Of a stretch of 64,000 nucleotides of DNA, positions 1 to 10,586 are shown piece after piece. The number at the start of each line of letters is the position of its first letter. Position 1 is the stretch's first letter. A program made the translations under genes and the position numbers. Origin of the DNA: Candidatus Dojkabacteria bacterium. GTDB taxonomy: Bacteria > Patescibacteriota > Dojkabacteria > B142 > OLB20. The notes under the pieces were generated by a model, which saw nothing but the letters and a program-made list of their open reading frames with translations, searched no databases and had not been told where the DNA came from. The stretch covers positions 322,335 through 386,334 of the forward strand of contig DAOMOX010000001.1 of assembly GCA_035444565.1 (NCBI GenBank), in the 5' to 3' direction.

Positions 1-117
1 ATCAGAGCAGTTATGATTGAAGTAATATTTTACTCAATTTAACAGATATTTGCTCTAGCTGTCAATCTCAGCCTCTTAATAGCAATAGTAACAAAACAAA
101 ATGGGGAATTTATGATT

Positions 118-1338
118 TTAGACTTTTTTAGCATATTGGGTTGAAATCCAACCTTGTCCATTTGCACCTACATCAATTTTTACCCAACTGGAACCAGATC
201 TCTCCATAACAATAAATCTCTGACCTGGTGAAACCTTCGTTACCACCCTACTACTTGTATTTGCTTGTTCTCTGACATTTAAATATCCGACAGGTGTATT
301 TGCAATTTCAATAACATCCATATCTGATTTGTTGACATCTAAAGTGATTTCAAACTCCGAGCCAGCATAAGCCTCTCCCAATACGTTTACTAGTTGGAAC
401 TTCTCTGTCTGTTTGTCGAAGTGTAATGGAACTCCCACTCTCACTTGGAATGTCTTTGATTCACCGGGACGTATACTAGTGCCTTCCGCCATTATTTTGG
501 TTTGCTTAGGTCCAGACCAAACTCCGTTTACAAAGAATTTACTGAAGTCATCACTCCCAACCTTAGTCATAATTGGTTCAAAATCTGAACTTTCATAGAG
601 TGAAATCGAACTGTTATTTTTTATTGTGATTTCTGCAACAACTTGATCCCCGTATTTAACTTTTTCTGTTGGAGTTTTAACCGAAGTTATAGATAGTTCA
701 AATTTAAACTTCGCAGGGTCATACATTGCTGCAATCTCTTTAGTCATCTCAGTCAGAGACCTCTCCCATCGACCAGCGACAATATCGGGAACTCCGACTA
801 TTTGCTGTTGTTCAGTTGCCTGATAATAAAAACTTTTTACAAATATGTTTTCTAATTTAATTCGGTTTCTATTGGCAACCTCAACAATTAATGAATTCAG
901 TGCCTCTCTACCTTCAGTGGAGAAATCATCTGAGTCATTTTCAGCAAGATATCCAATTATTACTGGTTTTTCCTGCGTGTCTTTTAATGCAAATCTTTGT
1001 TCCTCCCCTTTACTATTGCCCTCTAGAACTTTTCCATCCTTAGTTACGAAGTAGTGAAACAAAAAATCGCCTTGATTCAATCGAAAAGTTTGATAGTAAT
1101 AAATACCTTTGTACCAGTCATTTGTTGTTACATATTCGTCAAACTCCAGCTTCAAAGGAACTATATAGACACTATCAGGCAGAGAAAATGCTTCTTTTTG
1201 CTCCTCGATGGATTTAGGAAATTTCAGGGAATCTTTTGTCTGATCAATAATTTGAGCGAATGTCTCAATAGATAGCAACCCAAAAACAAACAGGGAGATT
1301 AACACTACTAGAAATTTGGGCAATCGAATTCTAGACAC
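118..1338 (-). CDS. Secreted protein with N-terminal signal/TM, a possible Amidase_2/PGRP-like segment (FHYFVTKDGKV...), a CARDB-like middle and a C-terminal SH3b-like domain (putative peptidoglycan amidase-like)
   Basis: ORF track 406 aa. Hydrophobic N-terminus. Motif resemblance to Amidase_2. C-terminal GQGWISTQYAKKV resembles SH3b. Domain calls by eye only. Confidence 0.4.
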   Translation of the reverse strand: MSRIRLPKFLVVLISLFVFGLLSIETFAQIIDQTKDSLKFPKSIEEQKEAFSLPDSVYIVPLKLEFDEYVTTNDWYKGIYYYQTFRLNQGDFLFHYFVTKDGKVLEGNSKGEEQRFALKDTQEKPVIIGYLAENDSDDFSTEGREALNSLIVEVANRNRIKLENIFVKSFYYQATEQQQIVGVPDIVAGRWERSLTEMTKEIAAMYDPAKFKFELSITSVKTPTEKVKYGDQVVAEITIKNNSSISLYESSDFEPIMTKVGSDDFSKFFVNGVWSGPKQTKIMAEGTSIRPGESKTFQVRVGVPLHFDKQTEKFQLVNVLGEAYAGSEFEITLDVNKSDMDVIEIANTPVGYLNVREQANTSSRVVTKVSPGQRFIVMERSGSSWVKIDVGANGQGWISTQYAKKV

Positions 1339-2248
1339 TTGAAATTAACAATATTAAACCTAACTTAGCATTCATTTTACCTTGCTTAACTTTAAAATCC
1401 AAGTTAGTAATTTTAGCAAAAAGTAGTTTGATAAAGGATAATTCAAATTTGTAAACGTTTCTTTTAATACCTCCTATCGTGTATGGATGTATTTTAAATA
1501 CAGCTTTCATATCATCCTCAGATACCTCACCTGATTTAAGCCAGTATATTAATTTCAACTGTCTAGCCAACATAGAACTGATGTATGGGAAATCGTTGTC
1601 GTTACTGTACAAATCTTCAAAAATTCTTAAAGCATTTTTCTTGTCTCTATTTGTAAGAGCATCGAGTAATTGAAAAATTATTACATCTTTGTTCTCAGTG
1701 AGAATATCTAAATCATCTTCAGTTAATTCAGCCCTGTTCTCTGATTTTGCTAATAGAATTAATTTGTCTAATTCAGTTGACAGAACTTGTTGATCAACAC
1801 CCACCTTTTGGATGATCATTTCACAAATCCTTGAATTCAAAGTAATACCGTCCCTTTTTAACACCTGTATAATCCATTTTTGTAATATTTTGGGTTCAAG
1901 GTTCTTAGTCTCTATAACATTTCCAATTTTTTTTAATGTTTTATAAAGTTTTGTCCTTGCATCCAATTTGCCATTTTCATAGATTATCATATCAATATTA
2001 TTTACCTGCTTTTCAATATATTCAGACAAATCATTTGAGATAGTTTTCTTTCTGTTTTTGGAAATATCACGAATTATAGAAATTTTTTGTTCATTTCCAA
2101 ATATAGAAAGATTATCTGATGGAAAAATTAGTTCAGTAACTCCATTTGCTTTGTCTGCGTATGTGCTGGAGATTTGCTTACCTTTGATTAACTTCGAAAG
2201 TTCAATTCTGGATTGATAGGGATTTAGTCCATGAATCAAAGTTACCAT
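1331..2248 (-). CDS. holA: DNA polymerase III delta subunit
   Basis: 305 aa. C-terminal region IFQLLDALTNRDKKNALRIFEDLY...LARQLKLI matches the HolA C-terminal helical domain pattern. Size typical. Confidence 0.55.
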   Translation of the reverse strand: MVTLIHGLNPYQSRIELSKLIKGKQISSTYADKANGVTELIFPSDNLSIFGNEQKISIIRDISKNRKKTISNDLSEYIEKQVNNIDMIIYENGKLDARTKLYKTLKKIGNVIETKNLEPKILQKWIIQVLKRDGITLNSRICEMIIQKVGVDQQVLSTELDKLILLAKSENRAELTEDDLDILTENKDVIIFQLLDALTNRDKKNALRIFEDLYSNDNDFPYISSMLARQLKLIYWLKSGEVSEDDMKAVFKIHPYTIGGIKRNVYKFELSFIKLLFAKITNLDFKVKQGKMNAKLGLILLISSV

Positions 2249-2251
2249 TTT

Positions 2252-3976
2252 TTATACCTTGAAAAAACTTAATTTCTTGAACGTTCTGATCATAAACCTC
2301 ATGAATACATTCACTTCTTCTATGCGAAGAAGTTTACAGGTAAGAAGATAAATTAAAAATGCTGTCAATGCTGTAGTTGTAGTTAGGAAAATCAATTGAA
2401 CAGTTTTATCTGTTTGGAGAATACCTTCCCAAACCTTTGCCATTGTATATGCACTCATCATCATTACCAAAGTCGCAAAAAGTTTGATTATCATCTCTTT
2501 GCCTAAACCTCGTAAATTTGTTATCACCTTTTTGTATCTTAAGATGAATAATAGTAAGAAAAACTCTGCACTAAAGACTAGACTAGAACTCAGTGCCAAT
2601 CCCCCAACCGCTAGTGGTCCATCTGATCTGTTAAGAAAGTATGATGGATTGAAGGTGATTTTTAAAATTGAAAATTCGTAGAAATTGCTGAAGTAATTTG
2701 TTAGTAGGATACCAGTGATAACCCCAAAGATTAGAACGAAGACACTTGATATTAAGGGAACTATAGAATTATGAATCGCAAAGTAAACCCTAAATAATGT
2801 AGTACGAAGAGTTTCTAGACTTATTCCTATGGCGAAAAACATCAGAACCCAAGAAACTTGAAGTGTGTCTGCCCATGTGAAGCTTCCTCCTAAAATTCCA
2901 TATACCAACCTAACAATTGGAACTCTTAAGATGATAAATAATCCACTAACTGGCAAAGCCAAGAACAAAACTTGGTTAATAATTTTCCTAACTAATATTT
3001 CAAATTCTATCTTAGAACCATTTGACCACAACCTTGATAGTGAGGGGAATGAAGCAATTGCATAAGATGTGCCAAACAAGTTCAGAGGAATTGCAGTTAA
3101 TCGAAGTGCATACTGATAAGAAGCTAGTGAACCCACTGTCAAACTAAACGAAATCAGAGTGTCTGCAATCCTAGCTACCTCTTCTACACTAAGACCTAGA
3201 ACACGAGGCAATCCCAATTTCATTGCCTCCACGAAATTTTTATCTCGAAGGTTTACATATAGAAACCTATAACCAATTTTTAACTCTCTCCATAAAGGTA
3301 TCTGTATTAGAAGATGTAAAACTGCACCAATTAAAGTGCCCCAAACTAAAGCCCAAATCTTGTCGTCCACGATTGGGATAAGAAAGATTATTCCAATTAT
3401 CTTTCCAAGATTATAAAGTAGCGGTGCTAGTTGAGGAATAATAAACCGATGATGGATATTAAGACCAGAAGACAAGAAAGCGCTTGCCCCCAGAATTATT
3501 TGAGGAATCAAAAGAACTCTAGTCATTAAAATGACATTTTCAATATCTTCTGGTGATAAATCTCCGCTTCTCTGAGTGATTTCAACGGCGAACGGAACAG
3601 TGAATTTTGCAAAAATCATTACCAAGACAGAAAGGAAGACAAAGAGTAACATTCCTAAATTCATTATCGTGCTAAAAGACGATGAGAACTTCTCGTCTCC
3701 TTCTTTTTCTTTAATTTTGACCAAAACTGGAATTATAGAGCCGGAGATTGCCCCGAGCAAAATAATATTCGTGATTGTTTCAGGAACCGCTGATGCAAGA
3801 TAGAAAAGATCAAGTTCTGCTGATGCACCAAACTGAGAGGAGACCAGTGAAAGAAAAACCATACCAACAATTTTGGTAGCAAAAAGCAGTACCATCAGCA
3901 TTGCGGCCGCTGAGAGTATCTCATTTTGCTCCCTTGTCAGAATACTTCTGATTGAAGATATGGTCTTCTTTACCAT
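2252..3976 (-). CDS. murJ: Lipid II flippase MurJ/MviN family
   Basis: 574 aa polytopic membrane protein. N-terminal ILSAAAMLMVLLFATKIVGMV...FGASAELDLFYLASAVPETI matches the MurJ N-terminal signature. Confidence 0.7.
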   Translation of the reverse strand: MVKKTISSIRSILTREQNEILSAAAMLMVLLFATKIVGMVFLSLVSSQFGASAELDLFYLASAVPETITNIILLGAISGSIIPVLVKIKEKEGDEKFSSSFSTIMNLGMLLFVFLSVLVMIFAKFTVPFAVEITQRSGDLSPEDIENVILMTRVLLIPQIILGASAFLSSGLNIHHRFIIPQLAPLLYNLGKIIGIIFLIPIVDDKIWALVWGTLIGAVLHLLIQIPLWRELKIGYRFLYVNLRDKNFVEAMKLGLPRVLGLSVEEVARIADTLISFSLTVGSLASYQYALRLTAIPLNLFGTSYAIASFPSLSRLWSNGSKIEFEILVRKIINQVLFLALPVSGLFIILRVPIVRLVYGILGGSFTWADTLQVSWVLMFFAIGISLETLRTTLFRVYFAIHNSIVPLISSVFVLIFGVITGILLTNYFSNFYEFSILKITFNPSYFLNRSDGPLAVGGLALSSSLVFSAEFFLLLFILRYKKVITNLRGLGKEMIIKLFATLVMMMSAYTMAKVWEGILQTDKTVQLIFLTTTTALTAFLIYLLTCKLLRIEEVNVFMRFMIRTFKKLSFFKV

Positions 3977-3993
3977 AAGTCATTAGGTTTATA

Positions 3994-6084
3994 TCAATTT
4001 AAACCCTTCATGGAGAAGCTTATTCTACCATTTTCTAATTTTATTACTTTAACTTTTACAGTTTGTCCTTCTTTAACGATTTCTTCAGGATTTGAAACAA
4101 ACTTATCGCTCATTTCTGATTTGTGAACCAACCCCGAGATGTTTGGAGTTACGTCTACAAATGCTCCGTATTCTTTTACGGAAGCTACTTTACCCTCATA
4201 TACCCTGCCAATTTCAGGTTCTACCACAATATCCTCTACCATAGCTTTGGCAAGTCTTCTCTGCTCTTCATCCATCGAAGTGATCGTTACGGTTCCATCG
4301 TCTTGAATATCTATCTCTACATCACCACCTGCTTTTTCTACAATTCCTTTTATTACCTTCCCTCCTGGACCAATTAATTCACCAATTTTTTCTTGAGCAA
4401 TTTTAATAACATCAACTTTAGGTGCATATTCGCTTACCGATTTCCTAGGTTCTGCAATTACATCTGTCATTGCTTTCAAAATTTCAAGTCTAGCTTGTTT
4501 TGACTTTGTGAAAGCTTCCTTCATAATCTCTACAGGAATACCTCTGAGTTTGTTGTCTAGCTGAATTGCTGTAATTCCCTTGTCAGTACCAGTAACCTTG
4601 AAATCCATATCTCCATAGAAATCTTCAACATCTTCAAGATCAACTATTAATTTATAGGTTTTCTCGTCTTTGTCTGTTACCAATCCCACAGAAATTCCAC
4701 CAACTGGTGCTTTGATTGCAACCCCTGCATCCATCAATGCCAATGTTGTTCCGCAAGTTGCAGCCATCGAACTTGAACCCTGTTGTGACAATATTTCTGA
4801 AACTACACGAAGGGTGTAAGGGAATTTATCGACTTCAGGAATCATTTTTAGTAATGCGTTTTCACCGATATTTCCATGACCAACTTCTCGTCTACCTGGA
4901 ATATAATTAAATCTTCCAGCCAACCCTAGTGAATAGTTCGGTCCATTGTAATGGTGCATCCATCTCTTTGCATCTTCTCCTTCAAAACTTTCTAGTTGTT
5001 GTACGAGTCTAGTAGACCCTAATGTGACTACTGAGAGACATTGAGTGTTACCTCTTTGGAAAATTGCGGATCCATGAACTCTGGGTAGTACTCCAACCTC
5101 GATATAAAGTGGTCTGATTTCATCCAACTTTCTTCCAGTAACTCTTTTCTCCTCAGTAAGTATAAGATTTCGAACATATTTTTTAGCGACATATTCTAAG
5201 GCGGATGCAATAGAACCGGCATCCCAACCCTCTTCATCTTTATGACTCTCTAATACTTCATCTCTAATTGCCTGCATTAAGTTATCCCTATTTTCCTTGT
5301 CTAGCATTGCCTGCTCTAACTTCTGTATGTATTTGTCTTGAAGGTCTTTTATAATTTCTTCATTTGGTGTTTGGTCTACAAATTCAACCTTCTCCTTGCC
5401 CATTTCTTTAGTAATTTCTTCCTGAACATCAAGCAATGGTTTCATCTCTGCCAATGCGAAATCAATCAAACCAAACATTTTTTCTTCAGGATATTCATTA
5501 CCAAAACCCTCGATATTTAAGATTCTCTTGTCGTTCCTAGCCGAAATAATGAATTCAGAATCAAATTCGTCAGTTTCTGTCAAATTTGACGGATTTAAGA
5601 TCATTTCACCATCTTTTACTCCAACAACAACACTAGCAACAGGTCCCATAAATGGAACATCTGAGTTCATAAGTGCAAGTGATGCTGATGTAACAGCCAA
5701 AGTCTCTGGATCATGAACATTATCGTAAGCCAGCACTGTTACAGTAACACTAACTTCATTTTTGTAGCCGTGTGGAAATAAAGATCTTAGTGAATGGTCA
5801 ATTTGACGTGCCTTTAAGACCGCATCGTCACTTGGCCATCTTTCTCTTTTCTGAAATCTGGATCCAGAAATCCTTCCACCTGCATAGAATTTCTCAATAT
5901 ATTCTATTGATAGAGGGAAGTAATCTAAATTTGGGTTTTCTCTACCAACTGTTACGATAGTAAGAACTACAGTCTCTCCCATTTGAGCCCATACTGTAGA
6001 ATTCGCTCTTGGTGCAAGTCCGCCGAGTTTAAAAGTCAGCTTTTTGCCGTTAAAGTCTATGGATTTCGTGTATTGTTTATCCAT
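3994..6084 (-). CDS. pnp: Polynucleotide phosphorylase (PNPase)
   Basis: 696 aa. Two RNase PH-like halves, then KH (KIGELIGPGGKVIKGI) and S1 (GKVASVKEYGAFVDV) C-terminal domains. Confidence 0.9.
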   Translation of the reverse strand: MDKQYTKSIDFNGKKLTFKLGGLAPRANSTVWAQMGETVVLTIVTVGRENPNLDYFPLSIEYIEKFYAGGRISGSRFQKRERWPSDDAVLKARQIDHSLRSLFPHGYKNEVSVTVTVLAYDNVHDPETLAVTSASLALMNSDVPFMGPVASVVVGVKDGEMILNPSNLTETDEFDSEFIISARNDKRILNIEGFGNEYPEEKMFGLIDFALAEMKPLLDVQEEITKEMGKEKVEFVDQTPNEEIIKDLQDKYIQKLEQAMLDKENRDNLMQAIRDEVLESHKDEEGWDAGSIASALEYVAKKYVRNLILTEEKRVTGRKLDEIRPLYIEVGVLPRVHGSAIFQRGNTQCLSVVTLGSTRLVQQLESFEGEDAKRWMHHYNGPNYSLGLAGRFNYIPGRREVGHGNIGENALLKMIPEVDKFPYTLRVVSEILSQQGSSSMAATCGTTLALMDAGVAIKAPVGGISVGLVTDKDEKTYKLIVDLEDVEDFYGDMDFKVTGTDKGITAIQLDNKLRGIPVEIMKEAFTKSKQARLEILKAMTDVIAEPRKSVSEYAPKVDVIKIAQEKIGELIGPGGKVIKGIVEKAGGDVEIDIQDDGTVTITSMDEEQRRLAKAMVEDIVVEPEIGRVYEGKVASVKEYGAFVDVTPNISGLVHKSEMSDKFVSNPEEIVKEGQTVKVKVIKLENGRISFSMKGLN

Positions 6085-6281
6085 TTAATAAAACTAATAA
6101 GTAAATATTAGCCTCAATAATGATCAGGATTTAGGATTTGTGGAGGAATCTGTAAGAGGATTAAAATCATTTGAATACTCTTTAAATTCCTTCACCTAAC
6201 ATCCCTTTCAATTACGAAGACTTATTCATTATAACATTCATGGACTATCGGTAGAAAGCATTTGTTCACAATGTTTTGGAA

Positions 6282-8387
6282 TTATCTCGCTTTATACTGG
6301 AAATAACCATTACAGTGAAGTAAATCACGAGAATAAAATCCTCCAACACATGCTCCAGCCTCGTTACTCCAAGTGCCTGTTGAAAAGGTATCAGGATCTT
6401 CGGTCTGATAGACAGTAGTTCCAATTGTAATCTTATCTACGTATACGTCCCTCTGAGTACCATCGTTAATAAATTTAATTTTTACCTGAGTTACATCAAA
6501 CGGAACGTTGTGTGTGTATCTATAATTCCCATATGTCGTTCCCATAACATCAAAAGTATGAACTGTAGGCTGTGTTGTTGTAGGATCACCTATTTTAATT
6601 TCTAGTTTCGGCCATACTCCTGATTCACTCCTGGGATATCTAGCCTTAGCTCTCACAATTATGCGTTTTGCACTTGGGTAGGTAGTAGTCGGAACAATTG
6701 TGCCAACTGATGTTGGGATTGGTGTATTATCAGGAGCATTTTCAGAGTTTAATTCAATTGCACCAATATCTGGCATTGATACTCTGGCACTCTTCAAATA
6801 ATCCTGTGATCTAACCGATGTAGGTATACCTGTGTTATTAGAAGGACCAGCACTTGTACCTGCATTTATCGAGATACTATTACTTATTGGATAATAATTA
6901 GCAACATTTACTGCTGTTAATAGCTCACTCAGATTTAAATTGTCTGGTCCAATATTTGGATATTTAATGTTTAAAGGAATCGTAGAATTAACCAATCCTG
7001 GATTATCCTGAAAAACATTACCGGTGCCTTTTATAGAGGTTGATAGTGCCTTAGGAAAAATATTATTACGCACTGTCAGGGCATCATTACCACTTAATTT
7101 GATTGTGATTTTTGATGTTGGGTTTTTTCTTCGATCAAATATGTTATTCTCTAATATTCCACTAACTTTAGGATCCCCACTTTTAGCTGCTTCATGCTGA
7201 ACGCTCAAAAGTGTAGATAATTCATTTCCCGCAATCAATGTGTTGTTTCCAAAATATATTCGATTATTATCGCCTATATGTGATTTATTTGAGCCAGTAA
7301 TAAAAAACCCCATATTTACTATCAAATTATTGTAAATGGCAATGTTTGTATTCATTACATTTCCTGTTTTTAGATGACCCTTTTCATTTCTAAGTCCAAA
7401 CCTCCAAAATCCTGTGGCATCGGTATCCTCATCTCCACCTGCCTTAGGTTTCTTCTCTTCAGGAGCGTAGAAAAGATTATTCCTTACTACTGCATCTTCA
7501 ACCATCCCAGCATAAAAGCTATTTTTGTTTCCAACTACTGTGTTATCTTCAAACAATAAGTCTTTTGAACCGGGCTGGGGTGCTAATTCACCCTCTCCCC
7601 ATGCAAAAGTATTACCTCTAACAACAGAATTCATCCCACCTATGGCTGCACTAATATTTACACAATATTTCAATTCTAATTCACTTAGTGGGGTATCTTT
7701 TGGTTGACAAGCACCTGGTACCCGAACATGATACTCATCTCCCACAGAAGTTCTGGTCATACTATTATTAAGAAATTGAAAATTATCCATTCTTGCAGGA
7801 TAATCACTTTCAGATTCATCAGGATTTGCATACAAACCAGATGAAATCGTCCAGTCAATGATTACATTTTTTACAGTCACATTCTTCATTGTTCCACCAT
7901 TCTCTGTAGAAATTCCCAAACCTCTACCACAAGAGTTTCTTAGGAATAGGCCATCAATAGTTACATTGTTAGTATTCCTTAGTGATAGCAGTGCAGCGAA
8001 TCTTCCTTGTGATGAACACCTACTATTCCATACATTTACAATATTGTCCCAGCTATTATTTAACATTCCAGGCGCAAAACCTCCGTCTATAATAGCTTTA
8101 TGACGATTTTCAGCTTTCCAAGTCAGTCCACTTTTTTCAATTCGAGAATATGCAGGATAAATACCATCTTTGAGAATAATTGTGTCGCCAGGAGAAGCTG
8201 AAGTATCGGCTTTTTTCATGGTTTTCCACGGACTAGTATTTGTACCTGCGTTGGTATCGGACCCATTTGGCGAAAGATAATAGATCGACGCAGCAGAATT
8301 ATCTTCAGGAGCTAAATCCCCCATGAATAAAACTAAATAAACAGACAGAGAAATCACCGATAATACAAGAACTATACCAATAAACAA
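6282..8387 (-). CDS. Secreted right-handed parallel beta-helix protein (DUF1565/pectate-lyase-like) with C-terminal beta-sandwich (possible CBM); paralog 1
   Basis: 701 aa. N-terminal TM/signal. YYLSPNGSDTNAGT...PWKTMKKA...PGDTIILKDGIY start typical of DUF1565 beta-helix proteins. Repetitive N-rich beta-helix rungs. No dockerin-like tail. Confidence 0.6.
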   Translation of the reverse strand: MFIGIVLVLSVISLSVYLVLFMGDLAPEDNSAASIYYLSPNGSDTNAGTNTSPWKTMKKADTSASPGDTIILKDGIYPAYSRIEKSGLTWKAENRHKAIIDGGFAPGMLNNSWDNIVNVWNSRCSSQGRFAALLSLRNTNNVTIDGLFLRNSCGRGLGISTENGGTMKNVTVKNVIIDWTISSGLYANPDESESDYPARMDNFQFLNNSMTRTSVGDEYHVRVPGACQPKDTPLSELELKYCVNISAAIGGMNSVVRGNTFAWGEGELAPQPGSKDLLFEDNTVVGNKNSFYAGMVEDAVVRNNLFYAPEEKKPKAGGDEDTDATGFWRFGLRNEKGHLKTGNVMNTNIAIYNNLIVNMGFFITGSNKSHIGDNNRIYFGNNTLIAGNELSTLLSVQHEAAKSGDPKVSGILENNIFDRRKNPTSKITIKLSGNDALTVRNNIFPKALSTSIKGTGNVFQDNPGLVNSTIPLNIKYPNIGPDNLNLSELLTAVNVANYYPISNSISINAGTSAGPSNNTGIPTSVRSQDYLKSARVSMPDIGAIELNSENAPDNTPIPTSVGTIVPTTTYPSAKRIIVRAKARYPRSESGVWPKLEIKIGDPTTTQPTVHTFDVMGTTYGNYRYTHNVPFDVTQVKIKFINDGTQRDVYVDKITIGTTVYQTEDPDTFSTGTWSNEAGACVGGFYSRDLLHCNGYFQYKAR

Positions 8388-8455
8388 TTTCCTTTTTATT
8401 TATATTGTTTTGAATAAATAAATTATCTAAATTAAATTTTTTAGTTACTTAGTCT

Positions 8456-10537
8456 TTATAATGCACAACTAGTCTTCGGATAATACCTCTGTGCAAATCC
8501 TATTCCAGCTGCTCCAAAGTCTGCAATATTTAACTTCCCATCTCTATTTACATCTCTTCCTCCACAAGAACCATACTCAACATCTTTATCTGCACAAGTA
8601 TTTTTTCCAGTTCCATAGCTTTTAGCAAATTCTGCAAAGTCAGCAATACTGAATTTTCCATCTCCATCCACATCAGCTTTACCACAGATATTCCCTGTAA
8701 CTGGAAGTGTTGGTGTGGCACTTGGAACTGGTGTCAGTGCATTTGATGGTGTTGGTGTTGTACTTGGAGTAATTGAAGGCCCAGGTGTTCGAGTTAATGT
8801 CGGAGTTAAAGATGCACCAGGTGTTTGAGTTGGCGTCGCGGACTGTATTGGTGTTGGGGTACTGGTGTTATAGACCCCTCCGAACTCTATTGCCCCTATA
8901 TCAGGAGTTCCTGTCCTGGTATTTCTCAAAAAATCTTGCGATCTCACTAATTGTGGGATATTAGTTTGGTTAGCACCAGTCCCATTTGATCCTGTATTTA
9001 TTGCGGGACTATTTTGTTTTAATCGATAATTATTAATGTCTAAAGCAGCCCTTAATGCTGCGATATCTAGTGTCTCAGGTCCGATATTTGGATAAACAAG
9101 ATTCAATTCTATTAATGAGTTTACTAATCCAGGATCGTTAGTATAAACATCTCCTGTTCCTTTAACTGAATTGTCAACATTTGTTGGTAATATATTATTT
9201 CTGCGTAGGAATTGGTCATTTCCACTCAGTTGGACATTAATTCTAGCTGATGGATTCTTTCTTCGGTCGAAAATATTATTTTCCATGATTCCTGTTAACA
9301 CTCCATCACCTGAAGATCCTCCCCCATGCTGGATGTGTAGGAGCGAATCCAGTTCCTTTCCAGCAACCAAAGTATTATTTCCAAAGTATATTTGTCTGTT
9401 GTCCCCTATGTGACTACCATTTGTCCCTGTAATAAAGAATCCCATATTAACTATTAAATTATTATAGATAGCAATATTTGTATTCATTGTAGTGGCCTCA
9501 TCCGTATGCCCCTTTTCATTTCGTAGTCCAAGTCTCCAATACCCAGTGGCCTCACTATCTTCATCACCGCCAGCTTTGGGTTTTTTCAATTCTGGGGCAT
9601 AGAATGTATTATTTCTTGCTATAGCATCCTGTACCATTCCAGCATAAAAACTATTTTTATTTCCAACTACAACATTATTTTCAAATAAAAATCCTTTGGA
9701 CCCTGGTTGGGGAGCCAATTCACCTTCACCCCATGCAAATACATTTCCTCTTATAATTGAATTCACTCCACCAAAAGAGGCACTAATATTGACACAATAC
9801 TTTTTAATCTTTTCGTTCTCAGGAGTCGTTTTCGGCTGACAAGCACCTGCCACCCTGACATTATATTCGTCACCTATAGATGTTCTTGTCATAACGTTAT
9901 CAATAAACTGAAAATTATTCATTTTTGTTTGAAATACATCTTTTTGACTGAAAGCCGGCTCTGCATATATACCCGAGGTAGAAGTCCAATCTATCATCGA
10001 ATTTTTGATGGTAATGTTATTGGCAGTTGCACTTGTTGTAGACGTGGAAACTCCTATCCCTCTACCACAGGAATTCCGTATGAAAAGACCATCAATTGTC
10101 ACGTGATCAGCATCTCGAATAGCCAATAAGGCAGCAAACATCCCTTTGTTTGAGCATTTTGTATTCCAAACTGAAACGATATTATTCCAGTTGTTATTCA
10201 ACATCCCCGGAGCGAAGCCCCCATCAATTATAGCTTTATGCTTATTTTCAGCTCTCCAAGTAACGTTCGATTTCCTAAGGGTGATGTAACCGGAATAGAC
10301 ACCATCTTTAAGAACAACAGTATCGCCAGGAGAAGCGCTTGCATCAGCCTTCACCAAAGTTTTCCATGGACTCGAAGTTGTCCCTGGGTTGCTATCGGAT
10401 CCATTTGGAGATAAGTAGTAAATTGTTGCTGCCGAGTCATCCTCGGGTGACCACTCTTGGAACACTAATAAACTCGAAACCATAAGGACTAGTATCCCTA
10501 TTACTGCTAAAGCTAGTGTAAATACTGGTTTCCTCAT
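8456..10537 (-). CDS. Secreted parallel beta-helix protein with Thr/Pro linker and C-terminal Cys-containing dockerin-like Ca-binding module; paralog 2
   Basis: 693 aa. About 70% identical to paralog 1 in the beta-helix part. C-terminus DVDGDGKFSIADFAEF...DVNRDGKLNIADFGAA has two dockerin-type DxDxDG loops plus 4 Cys. Confidence 0.6.
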   Translation of the reverse strand: MRKPVFTLALAVIGILVLMVSSLLVFQEWSPEDDSAATIYYLSPNGSDSNPGTTSSPWKTLVKADASASPGDTVVLKDGVYSGYITLRKSNVTWRAENKHKAIIDGGFAPGMLNNNWNNIVSVWNTKCSNKGMFAALLAIRDADHVTIDGLFIRNSCGRGIGVSTSTTSATANNITIKNSMIDWTSTSGIYAEPAFSQKDVFQTKMNNFQFIDNVMTRTSIGDEYNVRVAGACQPKTTPENEKIKKYCVNISASFGGVNSIIRGNVFAWGEGELAPQPGSKGFLFENNVVVGNKNSFYAGMVQDAIARNNTFYAPELKKPKAGGDEDSEATGYWRLGLRNEKGHTDEATTMNTNIAIYNNLIVNMGFFITGTNGSHIGDNRQIYFGNNTLVAGKELDSLLHIQHGGGSSGDGVLTGIMENNIFDRRKNPSARINVQLSGNDQFLRRNNILPTNVDNSVKGTGDVYTNDPGLVNSLIELNLVYPNIGPETLDIAALRAALDINNYRLKQNSPAINTGSNGTGANQTNIPQLVRSQDFLRNTRTGTPDIGAIEFGGVYNTSTPTPIQSATPTQTPGASLTPTLTRTPGPSITPSTTPTPSNALTPVPSATPTLPVTGNICGKADVDGDGKFSIADFAEFAKSYGTGKNTCADKDVEYGSCGGRDVNRDGKLNIADFGAAGIGFAQRYYPKTSCAL

Positions 10538-10586
10538 AACTAACGATAATAATTATTAAATATCTAAATTTCTTTATACTTCAATC

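Noticed and set aside
8700-8900. Thr/Pro/Ser-rich segments in the beta-helix and subtilisin genes as DNA tandem repeats
   Set aside because: These are low-complexity linker codons without exact periodic nucleotide repetition. They are better explained as flexible inter-domain linkers.
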